From Gemmatimonadota bacterium (GTDB lineage Bacteria > Gemmatimonadota > Gemmatimonadetes > JACCXV01 > JAHWKZ01), in assembly GCA_035708865.1 (NCBI GenBank), contig DASTFF010000034.1, positions 15,529 through 79,528 of the forward strand: a DNA stretch of 64,000 nucleotides, given 5' to 3'. Shown here in pieces: positions 27,131 through 37,341 of this stretch. The translations under genes were made by a program, and so were the position numbers. The notes under the pieces are model-generated. The model was not told the DNA's origin. It did no database searches and worked only from the letters and a program-made list of their open reading frames with translations. Each line of letters opens with the position of its first letter. The first letter of the stretch is position 1.

Positions 27131-28314
27131 CAGTCTCCCTCCATCTCCATCCCCGGCATCGCCTCGATCGCCGAGCCCATGCTGCTCTCGGCGTCGATCA
27201 GGAAGTTCGCCGAGGCGACCACCGTCTCACCGGCCTCGAGGCCCGACAGCACCTCGATCTCGCGCCCGGTCACGAGCCCCGTCTCCACCTCGCGGGCGAC
27301 GAGCATCTCGTCGGGGCCCCGGACGAACACCCACGCCCGTTCGCCGGTGGCGTGGACGGCCTCCCGGGGGAGGACGAGCCGCAGCTCGGACGGGACCTCG
27401 AGCGCGACCCGGGCGTACATGCCGGGCTTGAGCTTCCCCTGCAGGTTGGCGAGCTCGACCCGTACGCGACCGGTCCGGGCCTCGAGCGTCACGGTGGGAT
27501 AGACGTACGTGACGGTGCCCGTGAACGTCTCGCCGGGATACGTCTGGACGCTCACCCGGGCGGGCTGACCCTCGCGAACCATCGAGAGATCCCGCTCGAA
27601 CACCTCGCCCTCGACCCACACCGTGGAGAGGTCGGCGATCCGGTAGAGGTTCATCCCGGGGGCGATCCGGCCGCCCTCGAAGACGTTCTTCTCGATGACG
27701 AATCCGGAGGCGGGGGAGGTCAGCGTCAACGTCTTGGTCGGCTGGCCGGTTTCCTCGATCCGCCGGATCTCGCCGGCCGGGATGTCCCAGTACGCGAGCC
27801 GGCGGCGCGAGGCCTCCAGGAGCTGGCGCGCGCGTTCGGCCGCCCGGCCGGCCGGGTCGGCCGCGGACTCGTCGACCAGCCGGCGTGCCAGGATCAGCTC
27901 CTCCTGGGCGGAGACCAGCATCGGGCTATAGACGGCGAGCAGTGGCTGGCCCCGACGCACCGGCATGCCGGTGAAATCCACGTACAGCCGCTCGATCCAG
28001 CCGTCGATCTTCGGGTTGACATCGACGATCCGGGTCTCGTCGTAGGTGACCGTGCCCACGGTCGAGAGCGCGCGGTCGACGACCTTTCGCGCGGCCACCA
28101 CGTACCTGACGCCGATCCGCCGGGCTGCGGCCGCGTCAAGCCGGACGGGATTTCTGTCGTCCCCGCCTCCGCCGGACATGGCCGCGTGATCGTGCCCCTC
28201 CGCGCCGCCTCCGGCCGGAGTCTCGTCGCCGCGACCGAGGCCCGCCAACACCACCACCGCGCCGGCGACGACAACGAGGGCGACGGACACCAGGATCTGC
28301 AATTTCGTGCTCAT
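27130..28314 (-). CDS. cusB: efflux RND periplasmic adaptor (membrane fusion protein)
   Basis: N-terminal anchor and HlyD/CusB-like barrel-sandwich pattern. Has a His/Met-rich N-terminus (GGAEGHDHAAMSGGG) and C-terminus (AMPGMEMEGD). Its stop overlaps the cusA start (TGATG). Confidence 0.9.
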   Translation of the reverse strand: MSTKLQILVSVALVVVAGAVVVLAGLGRGDETPAGGGAEGHDHAAMSGGGGDDRNPVRLDAAAARRIGVRYVVAARKVVDRALSTVGTVTYDETRIVDVNPKIDGWIERLYVDFTGMPVRRGQPLLAVYSPMLVSAQEELILARRLVDESAADPAGRAAERARQLLEASRRRLAYWDIPAGEIRRIEETGQPTKTLTLTSPASGFVIEKNVFEGGRIAPGMNLYRIADLSTVWVEGEVFERDLSMVREGQPARVSVQTYPGETFTGTVTYVYPTVTLEARTGRVRVELANLQGKLKPGMYARVALEVPSELRLVLPREAVHATGERAWVFVRGPDEMLVAREVETGLVTGREIEVLSGLEAGETVVASANFLIDAESSMGSAIEAMPGMEMEGD

Positions 28315-29657
28315 CGGACCTCCGCCAGCATCTCCGGCGTCGGGGGCAGCTCGCGACCGACCGCCGTCTCCAGCCGGGAGATCGCGGTGCCGTACGCGCC
28401 GAGCAGCGCGTAGTGCTCCTGCTCGTATCGGTTGAGCGTCATCTGGGCGTCAACCAGCGTCATGAAGTCGACGCTGCCGACACGATAGGAGGAGAACGAC
28501 GACTCGACGTTCGACTCCGCCTGGGGGATCACGGCGGTCTCGTAGAGATCGAGCAGCGTGCGGGCGCGCTCGAGCTCGGCGAGGAGCTCCCCGATCTCGG
28601 CATCGACGGAGGCGCGCATGCCGGCGAGGTCGGCCTTCGCCATCTGTCGCATCGCGGTCGCCTCGTCGCGCATCTTCAACTGCCGGCCGGCGGCGAAGAT
28701 CGGGATCGAGAAGCCGATCATCGCGCCACCCATCCGCTCGGTCCCCATGCCGAGGTCGCGCTGGCCGTACTGGAGCCCGAGCGCGAGGTCCGGCCACAGT
28801 TCCTTCTTCGCCAGGTCGACCCCGGCGTCGGCCCGCTCGACCCCCGTCTTCGCCTTCTCGAGCATCGGCCGGGTCTCCTCGGCCCAGCTTCGCAGCGTGT
28901 CGCGGGCGGGAACCGCCGCCGGCACCGCCGGCAGGACGGGGGACGGGACCGGCGTCTCCGCGGGCCGGTCGAGGAGCCCGTTCAACCGCGCCGCGGCGAC
29001 CTTACGCATCGCCTCCATCCTGGCGATGTCGGCCTCCATACGGGCGATCTCGACGTTGGCGCGGAGGACGTCGCTCTGCCGTCCCGTGCCGGCGCCGTAC
29101 ATGGCGCGGGCGACCCGTTCGAAGTCCTCCAGCAAGCGCAGGGTCCTCCTCATCACCTCGATCTGACGGTCGGCGGCGTAGAGCTCGTAGAACGCCATCG
29201 CCACGTCAGCGCGGATCATCCACGCCGTCTCGCCGGCGTCGGAGCGCGCCATCTCGCTCGTCTTCCCGGCGATCCGCTCGGAGAGACCCAGCTTGCCGGG
29301 GAAGGGGACCATCTGCATGAGCTGGATCGACGGCGCCATCGACGACGGCATGTCCGCGTCCAGGTCAGGCAGCGACAGGTTCATGGCCCCGATCTGGAAC
29401 ACCGGATCGGGCGGTAACCCCGACGCGGAAACCCTCGCCGCGGAGGCGTCGGCCACGGCGGCAGCCGCGGCGATCCGCGGGTTCCGCTGAGCGGCGAGCG
29501 CGTAGGTCTCCTCGAGCGTCAGCCCCTCGGCGGTCGGGACTTGATCGGAAAGGACGGTGGGCGTCTGCGCCAACGCCCTCGCCGTGAAAAGCAGCGAGGC
29601 CGCGATCAACCGGAGAGCCATTCCGTTCCTGCGGCTCATCGATTTCATGGCATTCAT
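28311..29657 (-). CDS. cusC: TolC-family outer membrane efflux protein
   Basis: Signal peptide (MNAMKSMSRRNGMALRLIAASLLFTARALAQ) and duplicated OEP repeats. ATGA overlap with cusB. ATG 29657 is preferred over 29708. Confidence 0.88.
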   Translation of the reverse strand: MNAMKSMSRRNGMALRLIAASLLFTARALAQTPTVLSDQVPTAEGLTLEETYALAAQRNPRIAAAAAVADASAARVSASGLPPDPVFQIGAMNLSLPDLDADMPSSMAPSIQLMQMVPFPGKLGLSERIAGKTSEMARSDAGETAWMIRADVAMAFYELYAADRQIEVMRRTLRLLEDFERVARAMYGAGTGRQSDVLRANVEIARMEADIARMEAMRKVAAARLNGLLDRPAETPVPSPVLPAVPAAVPARDTLRSWAEETRPMLEKAKTGVERADAGVDLAKKELWPDLALGLQYGQRDLGMGTERMGGAMIGFSIPIFAAGRQLKMRDEATAMRQMAKADLAGMRASVDAEIGELLAELERARTLLDLYETAVIPQAESNVESSFSSYRVGSVDFMTLVDAQMTLNRYEQEHYALLGAYGTAISRLETAVGRELPPTPEMLAEVR

Positions 29658-29734
29658 GGGTGTCCTTCGCGTGCGGATCGAACGGCAGGAGCCCGCTCCG
29701 GGAATCAATACTCCCGAAGACTACGGTCCTCGTT

Positions 29735-29761
29735 CTGAAGCGAAGGTGAAGGGAACGTGAA
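29735..29761 (-). promoter_or_regulatory. three direct repeats at 11-bp spacing upstream of cusCBA (possible OmpR-family binding site)
   Basis: The minus strand reads TTCAC-N6-TTCAC-N6-TTCAG, 78-104 nt upstream of the cusC ATG. Confidence 0.3.
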
Positions 29762-29839
29762 AGGGTCTTTAGTCCTCTTCGGGGTCGCCGGCCTACGCGG
29801 TAGTCTTCGGTGGTCGTTCCTTCAGCTTCATGGGCTCCT

Positions 29840-31257
29840 TCAGGCGGAGAAGAGCGGAAGCCGGAGGACGAATCGAATCCCGCCCCCGGTCCGGTTCTCG
29901 GCCGAGAGCGACCCCTGGTGCAGATCGGCGATCGATCGTGCGATCGCCAGCCCGAGCCCCGCCCCGCCACCGTCGCGCTCGGGCGTTCGGGAGTCGTCGA
30001 CTCGATGGAAGCGCTCGAATATCCGGTCGATCTCACTCTCCGGTATCCCGGGCCCCGTGTCCTCGACCGTCACCCGCCCTGCCTTCTCCTCACGATCCGC
30101 GCGAACGGCCACCCGCCCGCCGCTCGGCGTGTACTTGATGGCGTTCTCGAGCAGGTTGCGGACGAGGCGGTCGAGAAGATCCGGGTCGGCCAGGACCGTG
30201 GGACCATCCTCCGACGCGACCTGGAGATCGAGCCTCTTAGCGTCGGCCATCGACTCCATCCGTCGCACGACGCCGCGGACAGCCTCGCCCAGCTGCACCG
30301 TCTTGAGCCGCGGCTGGATGGCCCGTGCATCCGAACGGGCCAGGGTCAGCAGGTCGTCGGCGGTCCGCGACAGCCGTTCGACCTCTTCGAGCACGCTGTC
30401 GATCACGCGCCGGTATTCCTGGGGACTGCGCTCGCGGCGTCGCGCGAGCTCGAGCTCGCCACGGAGCGCCGTCAGCGGCGAGCGGAGCTCGTGACTGGCG
30501 TCGGCGGTGAACCGGCGCTGCGACTCGAAGGCGGCGTCGAGGCGCTCCAGCATATCGTTCAGGACCTCGACGAGGCGCTGGTACTCCAGGCTGTACGCGT
30601 GGGCGGCGATTCGCCGCTTCAGGGTCCCGGCCCCGATCTCCTCCGCCTGATCGACGATCGCGGTCACGGGGAGGATGGCCTGCCTGGCCAGCCACCACGC
30701 CCCGGCGAAGGCCATGACGGTAGCGACGACCACGATACCCAGAAGCAGGAGACCGGCATCGCGCAGCGTCGCGTTCCTGGATGCCAGCGTCGCCGCCACC
30801 TGGAGCACGTGGGGATCGTGGACCCGGCCCAGCCTTCCGAGGGGGTAGTAGAGAGACAGGATCTCCTCCCCCCCGAACGTCTGCTCCGACCAGGCGATCT
30901 CCCCCTCGCCGGCACGATCCAGCGCGGCACCATCGAGCGGCAGATCCTGGGTGAGGTGCCGGCTGCGCAGCAGGCTCTCGCCGTCGGCCGACCAGACCTG
31001 GGTCCAGCGGTTGATGTCGCGGATGGACGCCGCCTCCTCGGGAGTGATCTCCCACTCCCGGATCCGCATCTGCCCGCCCGGCGGCTCGGTGATCGAGGCC
31101 GCCTGAAGGGAAGCCACGTTGACGAGCGAGGCCTCGATCTGGCGATCGAGCGTGGCCCGAATCGCGAGCCAGGCGAGCAGCGCCATGGCGCCCAGGCCGA
31201 TCGCCATCGCGACCGCAAAACGGCCCGCCAGCGTCAAGCGGAACGGCCGCCCCCCTT

Positions 31258-31261
<4 letters not shown>
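29840..31261 (-). CDS. heavy-metal sensor histidine kinase (CusS-like)
   Basis: Two TM segments flank a periplasmic domain, then HAMP, H-box ASHELRSPLT, and NLLENAIKYTP / DTGPGIP / GLGLAI. ATG 31261 is in an ATGA overlap with the regulator stop. Confidence 0.9.
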
Positions 31262-31938
<677 letters not shown>

Positions 31939-32031
31939 GCCGCTTATCGTAACCTGCCGTGGGTGGCCCGTCCGGCGTCACCGCCGGAGCGGGCCTGGAC
32001 CCCGTGCCTCCCCGTCGGCATCCCCGGCCCG

Positions 32032-32664
32032 CTACCCGCCGCGCGCGGCGGTGGCGGTCATGAGCCCCCACAGCCTGCCGATCCGGTAGCGCTCGACCCG
32101 CACGTCCTCGAAGCCGGCCTCCCGGAGCAGCCCCGCGAGGGCCGCGGTCCCATGAGTCCGGCCGTGGGCGGGCTCGAGGATGCGCAGGGCGAAGTCGGCG
32201 ATCCGGCACGCCAGGTAGTCGTCACACCAGTCGGTGATCGAGATCCTTCCTTCGGGCTCGAGGACGCGCGCGATCTCGGCCACGCCGGCCGCCGGATCCG
32301 GCCAGTAGTGAAGCGCGCTCGTCGAAACCACGAGATCGAAGGCGCGGTCGGGGAAGGGGAGATCCGCCGCGTCGGCGGCAACGAGGAGCGCCCGGCCTTC
32401 GAGCCTCCGGCGCGCGACCGCCAGCATGGCCGGGCTGAGATCGACGCCCGCGAGCCTGGACGCGCGAACGCGCCCGGCCACCGCCGCCAGGAGCGCCCCG
32501 GTTCCGCACCCCACGTCCAGGATCGACTCGCCGTCACGAAGCTCGATCCGACGCAGGGTCTCGCCCACGCTGGCGTTCACGTAGGCCGCCCAGCGCCGGT
32601 CGTACGTACCGGCCAGCCGGTCGTAGCGGCGCCGGATCCGGCGGATCGAAGGCGCGGCCCGCAG
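32032..32664 (-). CDS. class I SAM-dependent methyltransferase (start codon uncertain)
   Basis: Contains YDRLAGTYDRRW, ILDVGCGTG, LPFPDRAFDLVVS and LEPEGR. There is no ATG/GTG/TTG upstream of the conserved N-terminal region; the nearest candidate is CTG 32664. The 708-aa track ORF is an artefact. Confidence 0.7.
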   Translation of the reverse strand: MRAAPSIRRIRRRYDRLAGTYDRRWAAYVNASVGETLRRIELRDGESILDVGCGTGALLAAVAGRVRASRLAGVDLSPAMLAVARRRLEGRALLVAADAADLPFPDRAFDLVVSTSALHYWPDPAAGVAEIARVLEPEGRISITDWCDDYLACRIADFALRILEPAHGRTHGTAALAGLLREAGFEDVRVERYRIGRLWGLMTATAARGG

Positions 32665-32669
32665 GGCGC

Positions 32670-34391
32670 CTACTCGACCACGATCCGGCGCTCCGCCCGG
32701 GCCCGCCGCGAATCGGGGAGCACGGCCTCGAGCTCGAGCACGTACGCCCCGGATGGGAGCTCGGGCAGGGTGAGCGCCAGCGCGCGCGCCGCGACGGCCG
32801 CGTCGGCCGGAAGGTCCTCGACCCACTCGATCGCGGTCGCCCCGCCGGCCGCGTCGGCCAGCCCGAGAGCCGCGCCGAGCCCCCTCCAGAACCCGCCCCG
32901 GTTGTCCCGGAGGCGCAGCGACCAGCGCACCGCGTAGCGCCCCCCGCCGGGCGGGTAGAGCTCCCAGTAGACGCCGAGCGTCGATCCCGAGCCGACCCGA
33001 GTCGTCCCGCGGGCCCGCGGCTGGGCTACCTCGAGCGAGACCGGCAGCGGCTCGGTGGGGTCGATCAGGAGCAGATCGGAGAGGGCGGGGCGGGCCCCCA
33101 CGGCGCCCTCGATCGGAAGGCCGTAACGGGCGCGCGCGGCCAGGTCCGCCTCGGGCGACCACGCCTCGACGCTCACTACGGCGGGCGCCCAGGGCGCGGA
33201 GGCGGCCAGGAATCCGGCCGCTTCGCGGACGACCTTGCGCGCCAGCCGGACAGGCCCATCGGGACCGGCCGCAACGGCCAGCGCCGTCCGGACCGGGTGG
33301 TCCGGCCCGGTCAGCGAGTCCGCGGGCAGGCTCCACGCGGCCACCACGCGGGCCGAATCCGCGCGCCGGAACACGGCCAGCTGATGGTCGAGGTCGAGAA
33401 ACTGCTCCGCGTAGGCCGGCGAGTAGGTGGTCCGGGCGCCCTCGTCCTCCAGCGTGGTGGCCGACGGCTCGCTCTCCCACGGCCGCTCCCAGGTCCCCGC
33501 GTCGGGGGCGAAGCGGCGCTCGCCCGGCGGGTCGTGCCCGATCACCCCTCGCTCGCCGCTCCTTCCCAGCGCCCACGTCCGGGCCCGAGTGCGCTCCCAT
33601 CCGACCGGCCAGCCGTAGCGGATCAGGACCTGGCGCAGGTCGCTTCCCCAGCTCATCTCGAACGGCGTGCGCGCCTCCGCGAGGACCTTGTCCTGGACAT
33701 GACGCGCGTAGTGCTCGGTCAGGCGGTCGTTGCCGGGCTGGCTCCAGAAAGGATCGGCCAGCCACCAGAACCGCTTCTCCAGCCGGGCGCGCTCCTCCCC
33801 CGCGTCCTCGAGGAGCCGCGCAGATTCCCCGTCGAGCAGCGGGCCGAGGTCGGTCCACCGCTCCCGTTCCCCGTCCGGCATGCCGGCCAGCGCTTCTCCG
33901 AACGCTGCCTCGGAGGCCACGAAATCGCCGGCGGCGTGGAGCGCCCAGCCGATCAGGGCCCGGCACCACCACGCCTGCCCGCGACACTCCCGGGCGGCCT
34001 CGAGCGCGGCGGCGGCGTGGCCCGCCTCGAGATGGTAGAAGACCCGCTGCCCGGCGATCCAGCCGTTCTCGGGAACCCGCGCCGCCGCTCGCTCCAGCAT
34101 CACCAGCAGGTCCCGGCGGGCTTCGGCGACGGGCGCCGGATCGGGACGCGGTCGCCATGCCTCCAGCGCGGGGTCGTCGATGAGCGCGATCCGGCCGACG
34201 ATCTCCTCGCGGGAGGAGCCCGAGCGGCTCCAGGTGGTCGGGAGGTGGCGCAGGCGGACGCTTTCGTAGCGGGACTGGGCGGCGCGCGCTTTCTCGACGA
34301 TCCGGCCCGGATCGTCCGGGGCCTGCGCGGCCGCGCCGCGTCCACCGGCCAGACCGGCGATCAGAAGGACGGGAACGAGCGAGCGGCGCAC
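32670..34391 (-). CDS. hypothetical secreted protein
   Basis: Signal peptide MRRSLVPVLLIAGLAGGRGAAAQA, 573 aa. No motif confidently recognised. Confidence 0.55.
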   Translation of the reverse strand: MRRSLVPVLLIAGLAGGRGAAAQAPDDPGRIVEKARAAQSRYESVRLRHLPTTWSRSGSSREEIVGRIALIDDPALEAWRPRPDPAPVAEARRDLLVMLERAAARVPENGWIAGQRVFYHLEAGHAAAALEAARECRGQAWWCRALIGWALHAAGDFVASEAAFGEALAGMPDGERERWTDLGPLLDGESARLLEDAGEERARLEKRFWWLADPFWSQPGNDRLTEHYARHVQDKVLAEARTPFEMSWGSDLRQVLIRYGWPVGWERTRARTWALGRSGERGVIGHDPPGERRFAPDAGTWERPWESEPSATTLEDEGARTTYSPAYAEQFLDLDHQLAVFRRADSARVVAAWSLPADSLTGPDHPVRTALAVAAGPDGPVRLARKVVREAAGFLAASAPWAPAVVSVEAWSPEADLAARARYGLPIEGAVGARPALSDLLLIDPTEPLPVSLEVAQPRARGTTRVGSGSTLGVYWELYPPGGGRYAVRWSLRLRDNRGGFWRGLGAALGLADAAGGATAIEWVEDLPADAAVAARALALTLPELPSGAYVLELEAVLPDSRRARAERRIVVE

Positions 34392-34436
34392 GCCGACAAC
34401 GTTACCGCGCGCCGGCCCGACCGCCTACGCCCCGGG

Positions 34437-35105
34437 TCAGTCGGGCCACTCCTCGCCGCGCCAGCACATCTCCCAGAACATCCATTCGTAGCGGCTGGAG
34501 AGCAGGAACAGGTCCCGGAGCCGCTCGCGGCGCCCCGCCGGCGCATCCGCGGCAAGCCGGTCCATCTCGTCACGCAGCCACCCGGCCGCCTGCTGGAACT
34601 CGGTCGAGGCGTACTGCTCGATCCAGTCGGCGTAGCGGCGGTCGGGGGGCCGGTCCTGCTCCGCCAGACGGCCGCCGAGCCAGGCATATCCCCAGGCGCA
34701 CGGCAGCAGCGCCGCCACCAGCTCGGCCAGGTCCCCGTCGGCGGCGGTCCGCACCAGGAAGTCCGTGTAGGCGCGGGTGGTGGGCCACATCCCGCCCGCC
34801 TCCAGATCCCGGGCGGAGATCCCGAAGCGGGCGGCGTACGTCCGGTGGAGCTCCATCTCGGTGTTGAGGGTCAGGTCGAGGGCGGCCGCGTACCATCCCA
34901 TGCTGGCGAGCCGGTCGGCCTTGGCCGCCGCCCACGCGAAGACGCGCGCGAACTCCTTCAGATACAGATAGTCCTGGACGACCCAGCGCCGGAACACGTC
35001 CTCGTCGAGGTCGCCGGCCGCGATCCCCTGGACGAACGGGTGCTCGAGCTGGGCCTCCCAGATCGGCCGCGCGGCGGCGAACAGCTCGTCGCTGAACGCG
35101 CTCAC
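34437..35105 (-). CDS. TenA/thiaminase II family protein (copy 2)
   Basis: Contains PIWEAQLEHPFVQGIAAGDLDEDVFRRWVVQDYLYL. GTG 35105 is in a GTGA overlap with the upstream tenA stop. Confidence 0.8.
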   Translation of the reverse strand: MSAFSDELFAAARPIWEAQLEHPFVQGIAAGDLDEDVFRRWVVQDYLYLKEFARVFAWAAAKADRLASMGWYAAALDLTLNTEMELHRTYAARFGISARDLEAGGMWPTTRAYTDFLVRTAADGDLAELVAALLPCAWGYAWLGGRLAEQDRPPDRRYADWIEQYASTEFQQAAGWLRDEMDRLAADAPAGRRERLRDLFLLSSRYEWMFWEMCWRGEEWPD

Positions 35106-35767
35106 TTGACCTCGCGGATCCCCGGCCACCCGTCCGCGCGGCCGTACGCCAGCTCCCAGAAGGCGATCTCGTAGCGGACGGTTGTCGCAAAGAGCTCGGC
35201 CATGCGCGCCCGCTCGCCGGCGCCGGCCTCGTCGCCCAGCCGGTCCAGCTCGCCCGTAAGCCATGCCACCCAGCCGGCGAAGGCGTCTCCGGCCCAGTTC
35301 TCGACGAAACCGATCCACGGCGAGGCGGAGTCGATGCCGGACCTGACCGCCTTCCAGGAGTCGTGGTACGCCTTCTCGGCCGCGTAGAGGACGGTGAAAC
35401 CCTCTTGGTACGGCGCCAGCGCGCCGGTGGCGAGGAGGAACTGCACGTAGGCGTGGCAGATGAAGGACGGCCGGACATCCTCGAGGTCCACGCCGGAAGC
35501 CTGGGCCCGCTCGCGGAACAGGCCGAGCTCTCCGTGGAAGGCGGTGATCGCTTCGGCAAGGGGCTTCCGGTGCGCGACGGGCGCCTTGGCGAGCAGAGAC
35601 CCCATGAACGGGATCGCGGCTTCCACGAACAGGTAGTCCTGACGCATCCAGCGGGCGAACGTGGCGTCGGGCAGCTTGCCATCCCTGGTGTCGTGGAGGA
35701 AAGGGTGGTTCAGCATCTCGTTCCAGAGCGGCCGCTCCCGAGCGAGCAGTTCGGTGGAAATCCCCAC
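35102..35767 (-). CDS. tenA: TenA/thiaminase II family protein (copy 1)
   Basis: Contains PLWNEMLNHPFLHDTRDGKLPDATFARWMRQDYLFV. GTG start with RBS gggagga. It sits directly behind a TPP riboswitch. Confidence 0.85.
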   Translation of the reverse strand: MGISTELLARERPLWNEMLNHPFLHDTRDGKLPDATFARWMRQDYLFVEAAIPFMGSLLAKAPVAHRKPLAEAITAFHGELGLFRERAQASGVDLEDVRPSFICHAYVQFLLATGALAPYQEGFTVLYAAEKAYHDSWKAVRSGIDSASPWIGFVENWAGDAFAGWVAWLTGELDRLGDEAGAGERARMAELFATTVRYEIAFWELAYGRADGWPGIREVK

Positions 35768-35771
35768 TTCA

Positions 35772-35858
35772 TCCTCCCTTCGCCGGCATTATCCGGATCA
35801 GGTGTTGAGGGTGTCATCTCAGCCGGGATGGATCCCAGCACCCCTGGTGCCGCCAGTA
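35772..35858 (-). promoter_or_regulatory. TPP (THI-box) riboswitch
   Basis: The minus strand reads ...CCAGGGGUGCUGGGAUCCAUCCCGGCUGAGAUGACACCCUCAACACCUGAUCCGGAUAAUGCCGGCGAAGGGAGG. It contains the GGGGUGC, GCUGAGA, ACCC and ACCUGAUC.GGAUAAUGCC.GCG signatures and ends in the tenA Shine-Dalgarno sequence. Confidence 0.9.
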
Positions 35859-35963
35859 TAGGGCTCCGTTTCGGGCGACGCAGCCGGCCCCCGGGCTTGC
35901 TGCCCGCGCTGCGTCGGGCGACGTTCTCCCGCCGCGCCGCACTCGAACCGTGGGAGCGTCCGG

Positions 35964-37331
35964 ATGCCAATCGAAGTCGTCAACCCCGCCACCGGGAGGA
36001 CGCTGCGGACCGTCCCCGAGACGCCCGCCGACGAGATCGACGGGATCGTCGAGGACGCCCAGCGGGCGTTCGAGTCGTGGCGCGTGACCGCCTTCGAGGA
36101 GCGCGCGCGGCGGATGCGCGGCGCGGCCGGGATCCTGAGAGAGAGGGCCGGGGCCTACGCCCGACTGATGGCCGAGGAAATGGGAAAGCCGGTCCGCGAC
36201 GGCCGCGCCGAGGCCGTGAAGTGCGCCTGGGTGTGCGACTACTACGCCGACAACGCCGAGCGCTTCCTGGCCGACGAGCCGGTCGAGACCGACGCCCGCT
36301 CGAGCTTCGTCGCTTTCCGGCCGCTCGGGGTCGTGCTCGCGGTCATGCCGTGGAACTTCCCGTTCTGGCAGGTCTTCAGGTTCGCGGCCCCGGGCCTCAT
36401 GGCCGGCAACGCAGGTCTCCTCAAGCACGCATCCAACGTCCCCGGCTGCGCGCTCGCCATCGAGGAGTTGTTCCGCGAAGCCGGCTTTCCGGAGGGAATC
36501 TTCCGGGCCCTCCTGGTCGGCAGCGATCGCGTCGAGAGGCTGATCGGCCACCCGCTCGTCCGGGCGGTCACGCTGACCGGCAGCGGCTCCGCCGGCCGGG
36601 CGGTCGCCTCCACCGCCGGCCGGCACCTCAAGAAGTCCGTACTCGAGCTCGGCGGCAGCGACCCGTACCTGGTCCTGGAGGACGCCGATCTCGACCTCAC
36701 CGTCGACACGTGCGTGAGGAGCCGCCTCATCAACTCGGGCCAGAGCTGCATCGCCGCGAAGCGCTTCATCGTCGTCGAGCCGGTGCGGGAGGCGTTCGAG
36801 CGCGGCTTCGTCGAAGCGATGGGGCGCGCGGTGATCGGCGACCCGCTGGATGAGGCGACCCAGGTCGGACCCCAGGCGCGGGCCGACCTCCGCGACGAGC
36901 TCCACCGCCAGGTCGAGGAGACGATCGCGCTCGGCGCGCGCTGTCTGCTTGGCGGAGAGGTGCCCGACCGGGAGGGCGCCTGGTATCCGCCCACCGTCCT
37001 GACAGACGTGAAGCCGGGCTCACCCGGCTACGAGGAGGAGCTGTTCGGACCGGTGGCGTCGATCATCCCGGTGGCCGACGAGGCCGAGGGGATCCTAGTC
37101 GCCAACGACACCTCGTTCGGCCTCGGCGCGGCGGTGTTCACGGGTGACCTCGAGCGTGGGCGGCGGATCGCGGCCGAAGAGCTCGAGGCGGGGGCGTGCT
37201 TCGTCAACGGGCTGGTACGGTCGGACCCCCGGCTTCCCTTCGGCGGGATCAAGGAGAGCGGCTACGGCCGGGAACTCGCGGTCTTCGGCATCCGCGAGTT
37301 CGTCAACATCAAGTCGGTGTGGATCGACTGA
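35964..37331 (+). CDS. NAD(P)-dependent aldehyde dehydrogenase (succinate-semialdehyde dehydrogenase-like)
   Basis: Contains WNFPFWQ, ELGGSDP and GQSCIAAKR (catalytic Cys), 455 aa. Confidence 0.88.
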   Translation: MPIEVVNPATGRTLRTVPETPADEIDGIVEDAQRAFESWRVTAFEERARRMRGAAGILRERAGAYARLMAEEMGKPVRDGRAEAVKCAWVCDYYADNAERFLADEPVETDARSSFVAFRPLGVVLAVMPWNFPFWQVFRFAAPGLMAGNAGLLKHASNVPGCALAIEELFREAGFPEGIFRALLVGSDRVERLIGHPLVRAVTLTGSGSAGRAVASTAGRHLKKSVLELGGSDPYLVLEDADLDLTVDTCVRSRLINSGQSCIAAKRFIVVEPVREAFERGFVEAMGRAVIGDPLDEATQVGPQARADLRDELHRQVEETIALGARCLLGGEVPDREGAWYPPTVLTDVKPGSPGYEEELFGPVASIIPVADEAEGILVANDTSFGLGAAVFTGDLERGRRIAAEELEAGACFVNGLVRSDPRLPFGGIKESGYGRELAVFGIREFVNIKSVWID

Positions 37332-37341
37332 CCCGGGTCGC

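Noticed and set aside
32665-34158. N-terminal ~500 aa of the 708-aa track ORF 32032-34158
   Set aside because: Only the last ~210 aa (methyltransferase motifs) look real. The remainder is an Arg/Gly/Pro run that overlaps the better-supported secreted-protein gene 32670-34391 in another frame.
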